Source of the DNA: Candidatus Hadarchaeota archaeon
GTDB lineage: Archaea; CAYQAE01; CAYVLA01
DNA length: 64,000 bases
Direction: 5' to 3'
NCBI GenBank assembly: GCA_964621445.1
Contig: CAZUNO010000002.1
Location: forward strand, 96,001-160,000
Position 1 is the first letter of the stretch, and every line of letters starts with the position of its first letter. The notes beneath the pieces were generated by a model, which had not been told where the DNA came from, ran no database searches, and saw only the letters and a list, made by a program, of their open reading frames with translations. Of this stretch, positions 19,540 to 29,332 are shown piece by piece. The position numbers and the translations under genes were made by a program.

Positions 19540-19549
19540 GATAACACCT

Positions 19550-19596
19550 CCCCTACCCCAGATCCTTAAAGATTAAACGCTAGGGTCTGCTAGGGG
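19550..19596 (-). promoter_or_regulatory. Predicted hairpin in the rpl7ae 5' leader, abutting the SD sequence
   Basis: CCCCTA/TAGGGG, CAGA/TCTG and CCT/AGG stems directly before GGAGGTG; TATA-like TTTAAG upstream. Confidence 0.4.
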
Positions 19597-19644
19597 CTTT
19601 TAGGTTAACTAGTCCCTAGGCTCTTAAATTGTTTCATGCCCCGG

Positions 19645-20718
19645 TTAGGGGAGGGAAGCCCGGGAACCATCGGCTTCCAATCCCCGGTCACGGATCCAAT
19701 CCCTCAACCAGCCTCCGATAAACAAGTTCTCTCTTCCTAGGTCCTTCATCTGCCTAGACCCGGTGAGAAAAATCGAGGCCCTAATCTGTCTCTCGACAAG
19801 ATCTATAAATTGGTTTAATCCTTCCTCGCCATCTACGGCCGCCTTAAGGAACGGGGATGCCATTCCAGCACAATTCGCCCCCAGAGCCAGGGCCTTAACT
19901 ACATCAATTCCATTCCGAATTCCCCCGCTGGCAATGACCCTTAGGCCCTCTACCTGCGTCGTTTCCAGGACGCTGGCTGCGGTAGGAATTCCCCATGTTC
20001 CCAGGGATTCGGCCAATTCCCTGCCCACGCCGCTGGCCCTGAAGGCCTCCACAGCCGCGAAGCTGGTTCCCCCACATCCCCCGGTATCAATCCATTCCAC
20101 GCCCACTGAAGCTAGAGACCTGGCAGTCTCGCTTGAGATTCCGCCACCGGTTTCCTTAACTATAACCGGGAGGTGGGAGCTGGACACGAACTCTTCGATG
20201 GTCTCCAGGCCGCCTCTGAAATCGACCTCACCCTCGGGCTGAGCCACCTCCTGCAGGGCGTTCAAGTGTATGGCCACGGCATCGACATCAACCTCTTCCA
20301 TGGCACTAAATACCGGTGCAAAATCGCGGGAAAGCAACTGGGGCAGGCCGATGTTTCCCACCAGGAGTATGTCTGGGGCCTGTTCTCTAACCATATAGGT
20401 ATCTGCTACATTTGGGTCCTCGATCATGGCCCGCATGCTGCCTAGTCCAAATCCCAGTCCGTTTCGCTGGGCAGCGCTCGCTAGAAGCCTGTTCCATTTC
20501 CTGGCTCCCTTAAACCCGCCGGTCATCCCACTGATCATCAATGGCATGTCAAGCCTTTTATCAAGGACATCCACCCCAATGTCCAGGGCAGCCTCATTAA
20601 TTTCCGGAAGTGCCTCATGAACTAGAGCAACACAATCGAGACCCGTACCTTCAAATTCTACGTCCTCCTTCAATACGACATCGACGTGATCGGCCTTCCT
20701 CCTCCTGGTTCCGGTCAT
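19645..20718 (-). CDS. fni: Type 2 isopentenyl-diphosphate delta-isomerase
   Basis: RRKADH, MTGG, GSMRA, HLNALQE..QPEG, VKETGGG, SGGIRNG. Confidence 0.95.
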   Translation of the reverse strand: MTGTRRRKADHVDVVLKEDVEFEGTGLDCVALVHEALPEINEAALDIGVDVLDKRLDMPLMISGMTGGFKGARKWNRLLASAAQRNGLGFGLGSMRAMIEDPNVADTYMVREQAPDILLVGNIGLPQLLSRDFAPVFSAMEEVDVDAVAIHLNALQEVAQPEGEVDFRGGLETIEEFVSSSHLPVIVKETGGGISSETARSLASVGVEWIDTGGCGGTSFAAVEAFRASGVGRELAESLGTWGIPTAASVLETTQVEGLRVIASGGIRNGIDVVKALALGANCAGMASPFLKAAVDGEEGLNQFIDLVERQIRASIFLTGSRQMKDLGRENLFIGGWLRDWIRDRGLEADGSRASLP

Positions 20719-20752
20719 TCGCACCCCTGACCCAACCTGCAATAACTACTTA

Positions 20753-21136
20753 TCAAGCTTTCTCCACCGTGGCTTCTTCCCCATCAACCACTAGCAGATC
20801 GCCGGTTTCAATCTTGGTTATGTCTATCCCATCAATGCAAGGGATACCCGCCAGTATGGCTCCGGTGGCAACAATGGTTTCCGTCTCCTCATTAATTATG
20901 GCCGCCGGTGCCAAGCCCCTCTTCTTAAGGCCATAGATAACGTAAGACCCGACCGTTGAACCCTTGCCCCTAGGGAATACCAGCACCTTTCCCCCAACCT
21001 TCTCTCCCTCCAATTGATGCCCCTTTTCCCTCACCACGCCAGTCTCGGGGTCCAGACCGCCATAGAAACTGATTGGCTCGCTGGTAACCAAGGCCCGACC
21101 TTTTGCCTTACCCGGATTGATCGTCCTTCCCTTCAT
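20753..21136 (-). CDS. Phosphomevalonate dehydratase small subunit (DUF126, AcnX swivel domain)
   Basis: ISFYGGLDP.TG, GKGSTVGSYV; located in the mevalonate cluster. Confidence 0.9.
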   Translation of the reverse strand: MKGRTINPGKAKGRALVTSEPISFYGGLDPETGVVREKGHQLEGEKVGGKVLVFPRGKGSTVGSYVIYGLKKRGLAPAAIINEETETIVATGAILAGIPCIDGIDITKIETGDLLVVDGEEATVEKA

Positions 21137-22319
21137 CTTCGATGGCTCCAATCAGATCATCAAGGTTCTTGAAAATTACCTTCTGTTGGCAGAAATTCGG
21201 AAGATAGTGGGCCGCCTTGGCAGAATTAACTCCAGTCGAGTTGAACCCCATTTTCTCAAGTGGGGTAACTACCATGCAGGTGTCGGCCACTAATTTCCCT
21301 CCCAATCCTTCAATTCTATCCGCCAATCCCATATTCTGGGCCGCCGTCTTCACCGACCTGGAGGTGCAGATCCATAGTGGTTTCTCGAAATTTTTCCCCT
21401 CCATGCGCTGAGCCAGTTGTAGTAGTTCACCGATCGAGGCGTGGGGACAACCTAAAATCACTATGTCCGGGATTTCTCCAGAGTTTAAGTCCCGCCGCTG
21501 TCGGTCCAAGTCATACTGAGTTATGGTGATTCTCTCCAGTCCCTTGCTGTCCATCCCCTCGGCTTCGGGGGTAATCTCTTCGACGTGGTACAGGGCGACC
21601 GCACCCGAGGCGGCCATCGCCGCTCCCAGTGATTTCAAGTGATCCACACTTGGGTCCTTCAAACCGCGGATATAAGGTTTCTTGTCCCCTGCTAGCTCAC
21701 CTATCCTATATCCCAGGGTCCCGTAATCACAGATATTTCGCAATTCTGCCTCTACCTCAAATACCATATCGGGCATTCTGTTTTCGTCAAGGTGCAGCCC
21801 ATAATTGGGCGTGACTCCGCAAATCGCTGCGGCAAGGGCCGAGGGTCCTCCTTCCCTATTGGTTCTAGCTCCTATTACCGAATTAGCAAATGACACGGCC
21901 GAGGACTCGCTCCAGGCGATGTGTTCCCTGAATCGTGGCAGGTTTCCAGCCAGGTAGGGTGTGCAGGTGGCACTCACCAACACGCCCATGGCCTTGAAGG
22001 CGTTTACTATCCTTTCCTGCTTACGGGCAAAATCCTCGGGGATCCCCATAACCCTCCAATCCCGAAGATCCATTCCAGCGGGATTCAGATAGGTCAGCGC
22101 TTTGACCTGAGCCCCCTTTTGCGCAAAATCCTCCAGAAACTCCATGCCCGGATCGCCTATTGATTTATGTGATACCCCCGAAACCTGGGCGGACCCAATC
22201 GGTATCATTCTCCGGGCTCCATACACATCACCAAGGCGCACCAGCAATCTGAATAGACGTTGAGCCACCTCTCCCCTCTCTCCCCCCAACATCCTCTCCT
22301 GTTCCCTTGTCAGGTACAA
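21108..22319 (-). CDS. Phosphomevalonate dehydratase large subunit (aconitase X catalytic domain, DUF521)
   Basis: TTG start LYLTREQE; TCTPYL, WSESSAV.FANSV.GARTNREG, GCPH, DTCMVV. Confidence 0.9.
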   Translation of the reverse strand: MYLTREQERMLGGERGEVAQRLFRLLVRLGDVYGARRMIPIGSAQVSGVSHKSIGDPGMEFLEDFAQKGAQVKALTYLNPAGMDLRDWRVMGIPEDFARKQERIVNAFKAMGVLVSATCTPYLAGNLPRFREHIAWSESSAVSFANSVIGARTNREGGPSALAAAICGVTPNYGLHLDENRMPDMVFEVEAELRNICDYGTLGYRIGELAGDKKPYIRGLKDPSVDHLKSLGAAMAASGAVALYHVEEITPEAEGMDSKGLERITITQYDLDRQRRDLNSGEIPDIVILGCPHASIGELLQLAQRMEGKNFEKPLWICTSRSVKTAAQNMGLADRIEGLGGKLVADTCMVVTPLEKMGFNSTGVNSAKAAHYLPNFCQQKVIFKNLDDLIGAIEDEGKDDQSG

Positions 22320-22320
22320 T

Positions 22321-23601
22321 TCAATCCTCCAGGTATTCCTCAATATCAATTTCCATGGGGAGCCCTGGTCTTTTGAATTCCTCCTTATCCTTCCCCCAGG
22401 GAACCGTGAGATCAAAACCCACCTTTGTGGTTATGTGGGTTTCCGGATCGGAGGATGGATCGAGGGAGGACCCCTTTTCTCTCCTGGTTACCAGGTCGCT
22501 ATCGGCCTGAAATCTCGTAGCCATCGCCCACTCTATTTCCTCCGATTTGTCGATATCTATGTCCTCATCAACCACGAAAAGGTGTTTCATGGATCGGTGA
22601 GCTCTGAATGCGGCATCGATTGCCCTTTCCGGGTCCTTCTCTTCCCTTCTCCTAATGCTCACCACTCCATGAAGCCAGGAGCAACCGCCGGGAGTGACCC
22701 TCACATCCAGCACATCACATTGCTTCTTCACTTCCCGATACATGCTGGCCTCCCTAGGCATCCCCATCAGTATCTTGTGCTCCATCCCACCCGGGAGTAG
22801 GGCGTGGAAGAGGGGATTTCTCCTGATCAATATCTCCTTGCATTCAACTACCGGCTGTAATCTCACCTTGTCGGGTGTCTGGGTCAGGTCAAGAAATGGA
22901 CCTTCGTCGTGGAGTTCACCGGTGAGCTCCATGATCATGATGATCTCCGCCGGTGGCACCAAATATCCCTTCATATCCATCAGGGGCGTTGGTTGCAGGG
23001 AGTTGGCAATGGATAGCTCGCTTACTCCGGGGGACTCGGATACTGCGGAGGCCACGAGGACCGAGATTGGATTCCCAATACAATAGGCAAATTTGGTGAG
23101 CCCCCTCCTGATATAGCTATCAAGGTCCCTTTTCACTATCCTAAGGACCAGCTGGTTTTCGGAAATCACCATGCCCCGGTGAAAGGAAGAATTCAGACCA
23201 TACTCCGGGTCCTTTGCCACCACAATTCCCGATGTTATGTATGGACCTCCATCGAATGGGTAATAGGTAGGGATCGGCAGGTTCAATAGGTCCGGCTCCA
23301 TCTCGATATAGTCCTCTGACTTCATTATCTGTGGATCCCTGGGTTGTGATATTGCATCAACCAGTTTTTCGGTTAGGTTTCCCTCCTCAATCCCAAGGCC
23401 CCGTGCAACGGAAAGTCGGCTGGAACAGATATTTCCCAGTACAGGGATATCGCGGTTTTTTACATTTTCAAAGATGATCGGGATTCCATCCAACGTACGC
23501 ATGATGGCGGGTATTTCAAATTGGATGTCCACTTCCTTTTGGACTCTTTTCAGAAGACCGGCACCCTCCAACTGGTTTACGAATTCACGCAACAAAGCCA
23601 T
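22321..23601 (-). CDS. UbiD-family decarboxylase (probable anhydromevalonate-phosphate decarboxylase)
   Basis: DGGPYITSG, SFHR, EGPF, EH..LMG.PRE, VDEDIDI, WAMATRFQ. Confidence 0.88.
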   Translation of the reverse strand: MALLREFVNQLEGAGLLKRVQKEVDIQFEIPAIMRTLDGIPIIFENVKNRDIPVLGNICSSRLSVARGLGIEEGNLTEKLVDAISQPRDPQIMKSEDYIEMEPDLLNLPIPTYYPFDGGPYITSGIVVAKDPEYGLNSSFHRGMVISENQLVLRIVKRDLDSYIRRGLTKFAYCIGNPISVLVASAVSESPGVSELSIANSLQPTPLMDMKGYLVPPAEIIMIMELTGELHDEGPFLDLTQTPDKVRLQPVVECKEILIRRNPLFHALLPGGMEHKILMGMPREASMYREVKKQCDVLDVRVTPGGCSWLHGVVSIRRREEKDPERAIDAAFRAHRSMKHLFVVDEDIDIDKSEEIEWAMATRFQADSDLVTRREKGSSLDPSSDPETHITTKVGFDLTVPWGKDKEEFKRPGLPMEIDIEEYLED

Positions 23602-23658
23602 GATACTCCTCCCTTTCAGATTCCACCAAACGATATATCTTTTTCGTCATTTGTCGAT

Positions 23659-24657
23659 TTAATCATCGTCATTTGACGAACTCACCCCTATTAGAGTGGG
23701 GATAGCCTCATACCCCGACTTTCGCATAGCTCCCACTACCCTATCACGCACCTCCGGTTCGGGAGTTAAGGCGATCATGTGCCCTCCCAGACCGCCTCCA
23801 GTCATCTTCGCCCCCTTCGCCCCCTCTCTTCTGGCAATCTCAACTAGATGATCAAGCTTCGGATGGGAGACCCCGATTTCCTGGAGCAGGCCATGATTGG
23901 CATACATTAGGTCCCCGACCGCGTCCAGGTCATGATCTCTCAATGATTTAACCGCGCTCTCTATGAGTTCTTCCGCCCGTAAGAAGATTCGTGAATATCT
24001 TTCTTCGTTTCTCTCCTTTCTCCTTCTAACACCAGCCACCGCCGTCTTGGTCCTACCTCTTATCCCCGTATTTCCCATTACCATGGGCATTGGCTCCCGT
24101 ACTGAAAGCCTCTCAACCGTATTATCTCCTCCCTGGAGGTTCTTTGCGAAGTAAATCATTCCCCCGAAGGTAGAAACGGTATTATCTATGCCCGAAGGGG
24201 TTCCGGCATAGGCCTTTTCCGCCTCATACGCTATCTCGTTGATATCCTGGGCCTTGAGGCCCAGGTCAAACTCCTGGTTCAGGGCCCTAGTAATGGAGAC
24301 ACAGAAGGCTGCACTGGATCCAATTCCCCCCGTGGTCTCCAGCTCTCCCTCAATGGTTATCTTAATGTTCTTTTCGGTGGGATCAAAGTTCGCGGCGTCG
24401 AAAATTCTAAGCACCGGCCCCGGTTCCAGAAAATCATCCGTAGAGCGGTTCAAGGCATTTAAACGGACGTCCTCCAGAGCCCATCCATCACCGACCAGAA
24501 AACCGGAGCCACGGAACCCCTCCAGCAAGGCCTCATTGGCTCTCTCAACCGTGGCTTTGATCTTTGAATCGATCGATGAGGCTATGGCCGGTATTCCATA
24601 TACTACGAAATGCTCGTTGAACAGGATGACCTTCCGAAACCCGATTCCGGTTCCCAT
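23659..24657 (-). CDS. mvk: Mevalonate kinase
   Basis: KVILFNEHFVVYG, GIGSSAA, GTPSGIDN, AKMTGGGLGG. Confidence 0.93.
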   Translation of the reverse strand: MGTGIGFRKVILFNEHFVVYGIPAIASSIDSKIKATVERANEALLEGFRGSGFLVGDGWALEDVRLNALNRSTDDFLEPGPVLRIFDAANFDPTEKNIKITIEGELETTGGIGSSAAFCVSITRALNQEFDLGLKAQDINEIAYEAEKAYAGTPSGIDNTVSTFGGMIYFAKNLQGGDNTVERLSVREPMPMVMGNTGIRGRTKTAVAGVRRRKERNEERYSRIFLRAEELIESAVKSLRDHDLDAVGDLMYANHGLLQEIGVSHPKLDHLVEIARREGAKGAKMTGGGLGGHMIALTPEPEVRDRVVGAMRKSGYEAIPTLIGVSSSNDDD

Positions 24658-24799
24658 ATCGATCCCATTCCCGTATTTATAACCCCACTTATGTGTATTA
24701 CCGCCGGGATAATCTACGAGAATATTTAATTGGTCCCGCGCTCGATGACCGGTGTAAAAGCCTCGCAAATCTTTTTTCTAGATCGGTGGATAATGTAAG

Positions 24800-25618
24800 A
24801 TGTCAAGTATTGTCGTCAAGATTGGGGGATCATTCCTTACCGCAAAATCCGAAAGCCATAGATTCCCCCTAAATATAGAAGAGATCAGGAGCCAGGCCAG
24901 GGAGTTCTTAAACCTGGGCCGATTGAAGGGCATATCCAGGGATATTCGTCATATCCTAGAATCGCACAGGATCCTGCTGGTACATGGGGCAGGTCCATTT
25001 GGACATGCGATGGTAGAGGGATTGAAATCCGGGTATGACATTGACCCCATGCACATCCACGCCTCCATGCTGGTATTAAACGAATTTGTCATCCGGGCAT
25101 TAACGGATATCGGGGTGCTGTGTGAGAGGGTGAGCCCCATGGACTCGGTGCTTCACCGGGGAAAATTCCACACCGATCGATTGGTCAAGGAGATGGTATC
25201 AAAGGAGAGATCAGGTATCCTTCCTGTTAGTCATGGTGATATCGTCCCTAGCAAGAACGGTGAGATCGATGGACACCAGGTAATCTCCGGGGACTTGGTC
25301 GTGCGCGATTTGTCATTGTCCTGGCCCGCCGATCGCCTGATAATGGTGACTGATATGAATGGAATCCTGGATACCGACCCAAGAAAGGGTGAGGGGAGAA
25401 CCATTCCAAGGATCACCCTGGATAAGTGCACGGACCTACTGAAAGGGAGGAGTGGAAAGGGATCCGATGTAACCGGTGGTATACTCCAGAAGGTAATTAG
25501 CTGTGCTGAGCCCATTTCCGCCGGCATACCGGTTCAAATTATCTCTGACGAAATCAATAATGCCCTAATCGCAGCCTGTAATGGCCAGGAAGTGGGAACA
25601 ATCATAGAGCCTGGGTGA
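24800..25618 (+). CDS. ipk: Isopentenyl phosphate kinase
   Basis: VKIGGS, VHGAGPFGH, HGDIV, SGD, DVTGGI..K; divergent from mvk. Confidence 0.88.
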   Translation: MSSIVVKIGGSFLTAKSESHRFPLNIEEIRSQAREFLNLGRLKGISRDIRHILESHRILLVHGAGPFGHAMVEGLKSGYDIDPMHIHASMLVLNEFVIRALTDIGVLCERVSPMDSVLHRGKFHTDRLVKEMVSKERSGILPVSHGDIVPSKNGEIDGHQVISGDLVVRDLSLSWPADRLIMVTDMNGILDTDPRKGEGRTIPRITLDKCTDLLKGRSGKGSDVTGGILQKVISCAEPISAGIPVQIISDEINNALIAACNGQEVGTIIEPG

Positions 25619-25622
25619 TTTC

Positions 25623-27218
25623 TTGCCAAAATCCTACATCGAACATCCCCTAATCAATTGTAACACGATTGAATCCAGGATCTATCAACAGGTGGTATAC
25701 GCGAAGGCAGTAAAGTCAAATACGCTTTTTGTGGCCCCCACAGCGCTGGGAAAGACGGTTCTATGCATCATGGTGGTTGCTCACCGTCTTCACAAGGTAG
25801 GTGGAAGGGCTCTTATGATGGCCCCTACCCGGCCCCTGGTCCTTCAGCATGCGGAATCTTTCAAAAAATTCATGAATCTGCCCCAGGAGGAAATAGTCGA
25901 TGTCAGCGGGAGGATTCGTCCCAGTGAAAGGGAGGAGGTCTGGCCCGCATCAAAGGTGGCCATAGCCACCCCTCAGGTGGTGAAAAACGATCTCGAGGCG
26001 GGGCGAATGGATCTTTCGCCGTATTCTCTCCTCGTTTTCGACGAGGCCCATAGAGCTGTGGGTGATTATGCATACGTTCCTATAGCCAGGATCTACGTTG
26101 AAACCGCGGATGACCCCCTGGTCCTTGGGCTAACCGCCTCTCCCGGAAACAGGGAGGAGGTAATCCGAGAGGTCTGCGAAAACCTCGACATATCTAATAT
26201 CGAGACCAGGACCGAAAGCGACCCGGATGTAAAGCCTTATATCAACCCCATAGAGGTCGATTGGAGAAAGGTTGTGCTGCCGGACTCAATCCGCATGGCC
26301 TCCAGGCGTATGAGAGCTTATCTCGAGGAGAGATTTGACAGCCTTAGAAAGATTGGTCTAATACAATCCGAAAGACCGACCAGAAGGGACCTTCTTGAGG
26401 CGGGAAAAGCATTAGGAATCGGCCCCCAACGTTTCTCAGCTTCCTTCGGAAAACCGGAATTCATGTATTATAAATCGCTGATGGACTACGCAACCGGCCT
26501 CAAGGCCGAACATGCTCTGGAACTGATCGAGACTCAGGGAATAGAACAGGCCCTGAAATATATGGAGAAACTTTCCCAGGAAGCGGAAAAGAAGAAAACT
26601 CCCAGATCTACCAAGTCATTCATCCATAACGACCTGGTCAAGCAATTCACAAACAGGCTTCGGGATCTCCGTGAAAAGGGGGTTCAGCATCCCAAGATCC
26701 CGGAAACGGAGGACATCGTGACCCGGGAGTTAAACTCTAATCCCGATAGCAGGATCATCGTATTCACTAACTTTAGGGACACGGTTGACCTCCTTGTATC
26801 CCGGCTTTCCAAGCAGAGGAAATCTCGAGCTACCAGATTCGTTGGACAGTCCTCAAAGAGATCAAGAGGGCTTAGCCAGGCAGAGCAAGCAGAGATCCTT
26901 GATCTCTTCAAGAAGGGCAAATACAATATTCTAGTGGCCACATCCGTCGCCGAGGAGGGCCTGGATATTGCAGAAGTCCAGCTAGTACTTTTTTACGATT
27001 GCACCGCCAGCGCTGTTAGGAATATTCAAAGACGGGGGAGAACAGGAAGGAGAGAGGCGGGCAAGGTTATAGTGCTTATCACTGAGGATACTAGGGAGGA
27101 AGCCTACCATTGGGCGGGAAGAGCCCGGGAAAAAAGGATGCGGCAGGTGCTCAAGAAGGTTGATCTGGAACTCAGCGACAAGCAGCTGAACCTTGACGGA
27201 TTCATGAAAGGTTCTTAG
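25623..27218 (+). CDS. hef: Hef/FANCM-like SF2 helicase without ERCC4 nuclease domain
   Basis: PTALGKT, DEAH, TAS, ATSVAEEGLDI, QRRGRTGR; ends in PIP-like QLNLDGF. Confidence 0.9.
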   Translation: MPKSYIEHPLINCNTIESRIYQQVVYAKAVKSNTLFVAPTALGKTVLCIMVVAHRLHKVGGRALMMAPTRPLVLQHAESFKKFMNLPQEEIVDVSGRIRPSEREEVWPASKVAIATPQVVKNDLEAGRMDLSPYSLLVFDEAHRAVGDYAYVPIARIYVETADDPLVLGLTASPGNREEVIREVCENLDISNIETRTESDPDVKPYINPIEVDWRKVVLPDSIRMASRRMRAYLEERFDSLRKIGLIQSERPTRRDLLEAGKALGIGPQRFSASFGKPEFMYYKSLMDYATGLKAEHALELIETQGIEQALKYMEKLSQEAEKKKTPRSTKSFIHNDLVKQFTNRLRDLREKGVQHPKIPETEDIVTRELNSNPDSRIIVFTNFRDTVDLLVSRLSKQRKSRATRFVGQSSKRSRGLSQAEQAEILDLFKKGKYNILVATSVAEEGLDIAEVQLVLFYDCTASAVRNIQRRGRTGRREAGKVIVLITEDTREEAYHWAGRAREKRMRQVLKKVDLELSDKQLNLDGFMKGS

Positions 27219-27574
27219 AATCTCCGGCGAAACTCCCTCTTTCTAAGAATACGCAAGAGCACCGATTTCAGCTTGTAGTTATCGGAACACTGCTGATTTT
27301 CCATCTCGTACTGAACGGCCCCCATGATATCCTCGTTCTTGTTCTTAATACCCTTGGCAAACATGCTCATGCTGCCCTTGCCATAAAGGTCAGCTGACTG
27401 TTTATACAACTCAGCTGCCTTCTTGAGCAGGGAAACCCTCAGACGGTGATCGTCCTTCTCTTTGTAGGCTTTGATAAGACACATATCGGCTTGCCCTTCA
27501 AGCCATGATGCTTTTCTGACGTGGTCGGCCTCGAATCTCAAAATAGCACCGGGGCGCTTTACCGCGCTCGACAA
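27215..27574 (-). CDS. Hypothetical helical protein
   Basis: 119-aa ORF preceded by an AT-rich promoter-like region; no recognised family. Confidence 0.45.
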   Translation of the reverse strand: MSSAVKRPGAILRFEADHVRKASWLEGQADMCLIKAYKEKDDHRLRVSLLKKAAELYKQSADLYGKGSMSMFAKGIKNKNEDIMGAVQYEMENQQCSDNYKLKSVLLRILRKREFRRRF

Positions 27575-27764
27575 ATATAAATATTATTTATGGAAACTAA
27601 ACAAAAATCTTTGACCTTCTACTTTCTTGTGCAAACCGCAATTGAAAAATTGGATTATGTCGGTAATTATGGAAATAAATCTACTAAAAGTATGGCTCAC
27701 CGAAAACCGCATCGGTGAACTCAAGAATTTAGAACGAGACGGGAAAATTGTCCCAGCTTCCTAA

Positions 27765-28184
27765 CTATTCCTCATTCTCGCCTCGGTGGGGCACTACAAC
27801 TGAGTTCTTTAATTCCTGTATGGCGCCCAGCAAATCCACAAGACTATGCAAGACCTCGACATCTGACTGAACCCGGACAGCTTCCTCACCCGAATCCAGC
27901 CTTTCGGAGAATAGCCTTATCTTGTTAAGAACCGTACCTTCCGCATCTTCCACTGCACCCCAGGGGTCGTCCCTGGCTGTTCTTTCCTTAGTCCTTGGTT
28001 GGGTCCCACCCTGGGGGGCCTCGGTTTCAGTCATCTCCTTCGCTTGTTTACCCTTTTCAAACCCGCACTTGGCACAGAAGGTCCGCCCCTCTTGCTGGAA
28101 GAGTGGTGCATTACAATTGGGGCAGCTCTCGTTCAACATCTTGCCCCCCTTTAGCATAATATCTGCCATGTCCTTGATTTCCAC
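27765..28184 (-). CDS. Zinc-ribbon protein, Sjogren/scleroderma autoantigen p27 (UPF0148) family
   Basis: MADIMLKGGKMLNESCPNCNAPLF...FCAKC; GTG start after a GGGTGA SD. Confidence 0.85.
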   Translation of the reverse strand: MEIKDMADIMLKGGKMLNESCPNCNAPLFQQEGRTFCAKCGFEKGKQAKEMTETEAPQGGTQPRTKERTARDDPWGAVEDAEGTVLNKIRLFSERLDSGEEAVRVQSDVEVLHSLVDLLGAIQELKNSVVVPHRGENEE

Positions 28185-28247
28185 TGGTTCACCCGAAAAG
28201 AGATTTATACCCTCGTTCTTAAAAACGTTCAGGAGGATTGCCCGAAA

Positions 28248-28505
28248 ATGAATGACGAGCAAAAAATGGATGCAGTCTCACAGGTCCTTGAGCAGATTAC
28301 AGAGGACACTTCAGTCCCAAGAAACATCAGACGTGCCGCCAACGAGGCCATCGAATGGCTTCAGAATGACAACCATACGCCGGGAGTCAGAGCGAGTTCC
28401 GCGGTGAATATATTGGATGAGATAAGCGAGGACCCCAACATGCCCGTTCACACACGAACTATGATATGGAACGTGGTCAGCGAGCTGGAAGTGATTCAGG
28501 ATTAG
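28248..28505 (+). CDS. UPF0147 family protein
   Basis: DTSVPRNIRRAA, LDEISEDPNMPVHTRT.IW. Confidence 0.92.
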   Translation: MNDEQKMDAVSQVLEQITEDTSVPRNIRRAANEAIEWLQNDNHTPGVRASSAVNILDEISEDPNMPVHTRTMIWNVVSELEVIQD

Positions 28506-28564
28506 CTACCACTCCTTGAACCTGAAAGACCTCCCTATTCTCGATTGCCTATCTTGGATTAGGT

Positions 28565-29332
28565 CTAGAAATCCGCCTCGATTCCCCTTTTAAGAAAATC
28601 CAGGTTTATCTCCGCTGCTTCAATTGGGTTGTCCGTGGATTTGGTTTCCAGGACCAGCCAGCCATCGTAACCTATATCCCCAATTTTGGATAAATTACGG
28701 GGCCAATCCATCTCTCCCTCACCCAGCAAGTCCCCTTCCAGTTCCTTTATGTGTATCATGACTATCCATGGGGAAAGGATCTCGGTCATCTCCAGGGGGT
28801 CATGCCCGTATATCCTGTTGTTGGCAAGATCCTGGTATATTCCAACATGGTTGGAGCCCACTTCCCGGACCATGCGTTTGAGCTGTTGATAGGAGAAACT
28901 AGTCTCAATTCCGATGTTAACCCCTTCCCTTTCGGCTGCTGGAGCACACCGTTTCAAACCTCTCACATAGCGCTCTTCCCCTTTCGGACCCAGATCAATT
29001 TTCTCACGGTCAAAATGCGGCAGGAGAATAGCCTCTGCCCCTAAGGCCTCACATGCGGCTATGCTAAGTTCCACAAAGGAGATGCTAGTTTCCATGTCGA
29101 TGTCCAGGGAGAAATTGTATTCCCGGAAAGGGCCAACGCTCAAGGAGCAAACTTGGATACCGGAATCCCGACACAATTCAAGTATTCGGTCGGCATCACT
29201 TTCAACGATATTAATCAGGTTCTCTTTCGATCCGATAACCAGTTCCACACCATCATAGCCCACACAGCCAGCTGCCTCTATTGATCCCTCCCAATCCATG
29301 TCCAGAGAACTGTTTCTAATCCCGTATTTCAT
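28565..29332 (-). CDS. Sugar phosphate isomerase/epimerase
   Basis: GYDGVEL, YQDLAN, IHIKE, GYDGWLVLET; ATG overlaps the upstream TGA (ATGA). Confidence 0.85.
   Translation of the reverse strand: MKYGIRNSSLDMDWEGSIEAAGCVGYDGVELVIGSKENLINIVESDADRILELCRDSGIQVCSLSVGPFREYNFSLDIDMETSISFVELSIAACEALGAEAILLPHFDREKIDLGPKGEERYVRGLKRCAPAAEREGVNIGIETSFSYQQLKRMVREVGSNHVGIYQDLANNRIYGHDPLEMTEILSPWIVMIHIKELEGDLLGEGEMDWPRNLSKIGDIGYDGWLVLETKSTDNPIEAAEINLDFLKRGIEADF

Noticed and set aside
24658-24768. N-terminal extension of mvk in the ORF track (similar over-extensions at fni, AcnX, 28262, 36067, 45906, 58431)
   Set aside because: The extensions overlap promoter-like DNA or neighbouring genes; family motifs start at downstream start codons
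27575-27764. AT-rich intergenic stretch as a possible replication origin
   Set aside because: No ORB-like repeats and no adjacent cdc6/orc1; it is consistent with an ordinary promoter region
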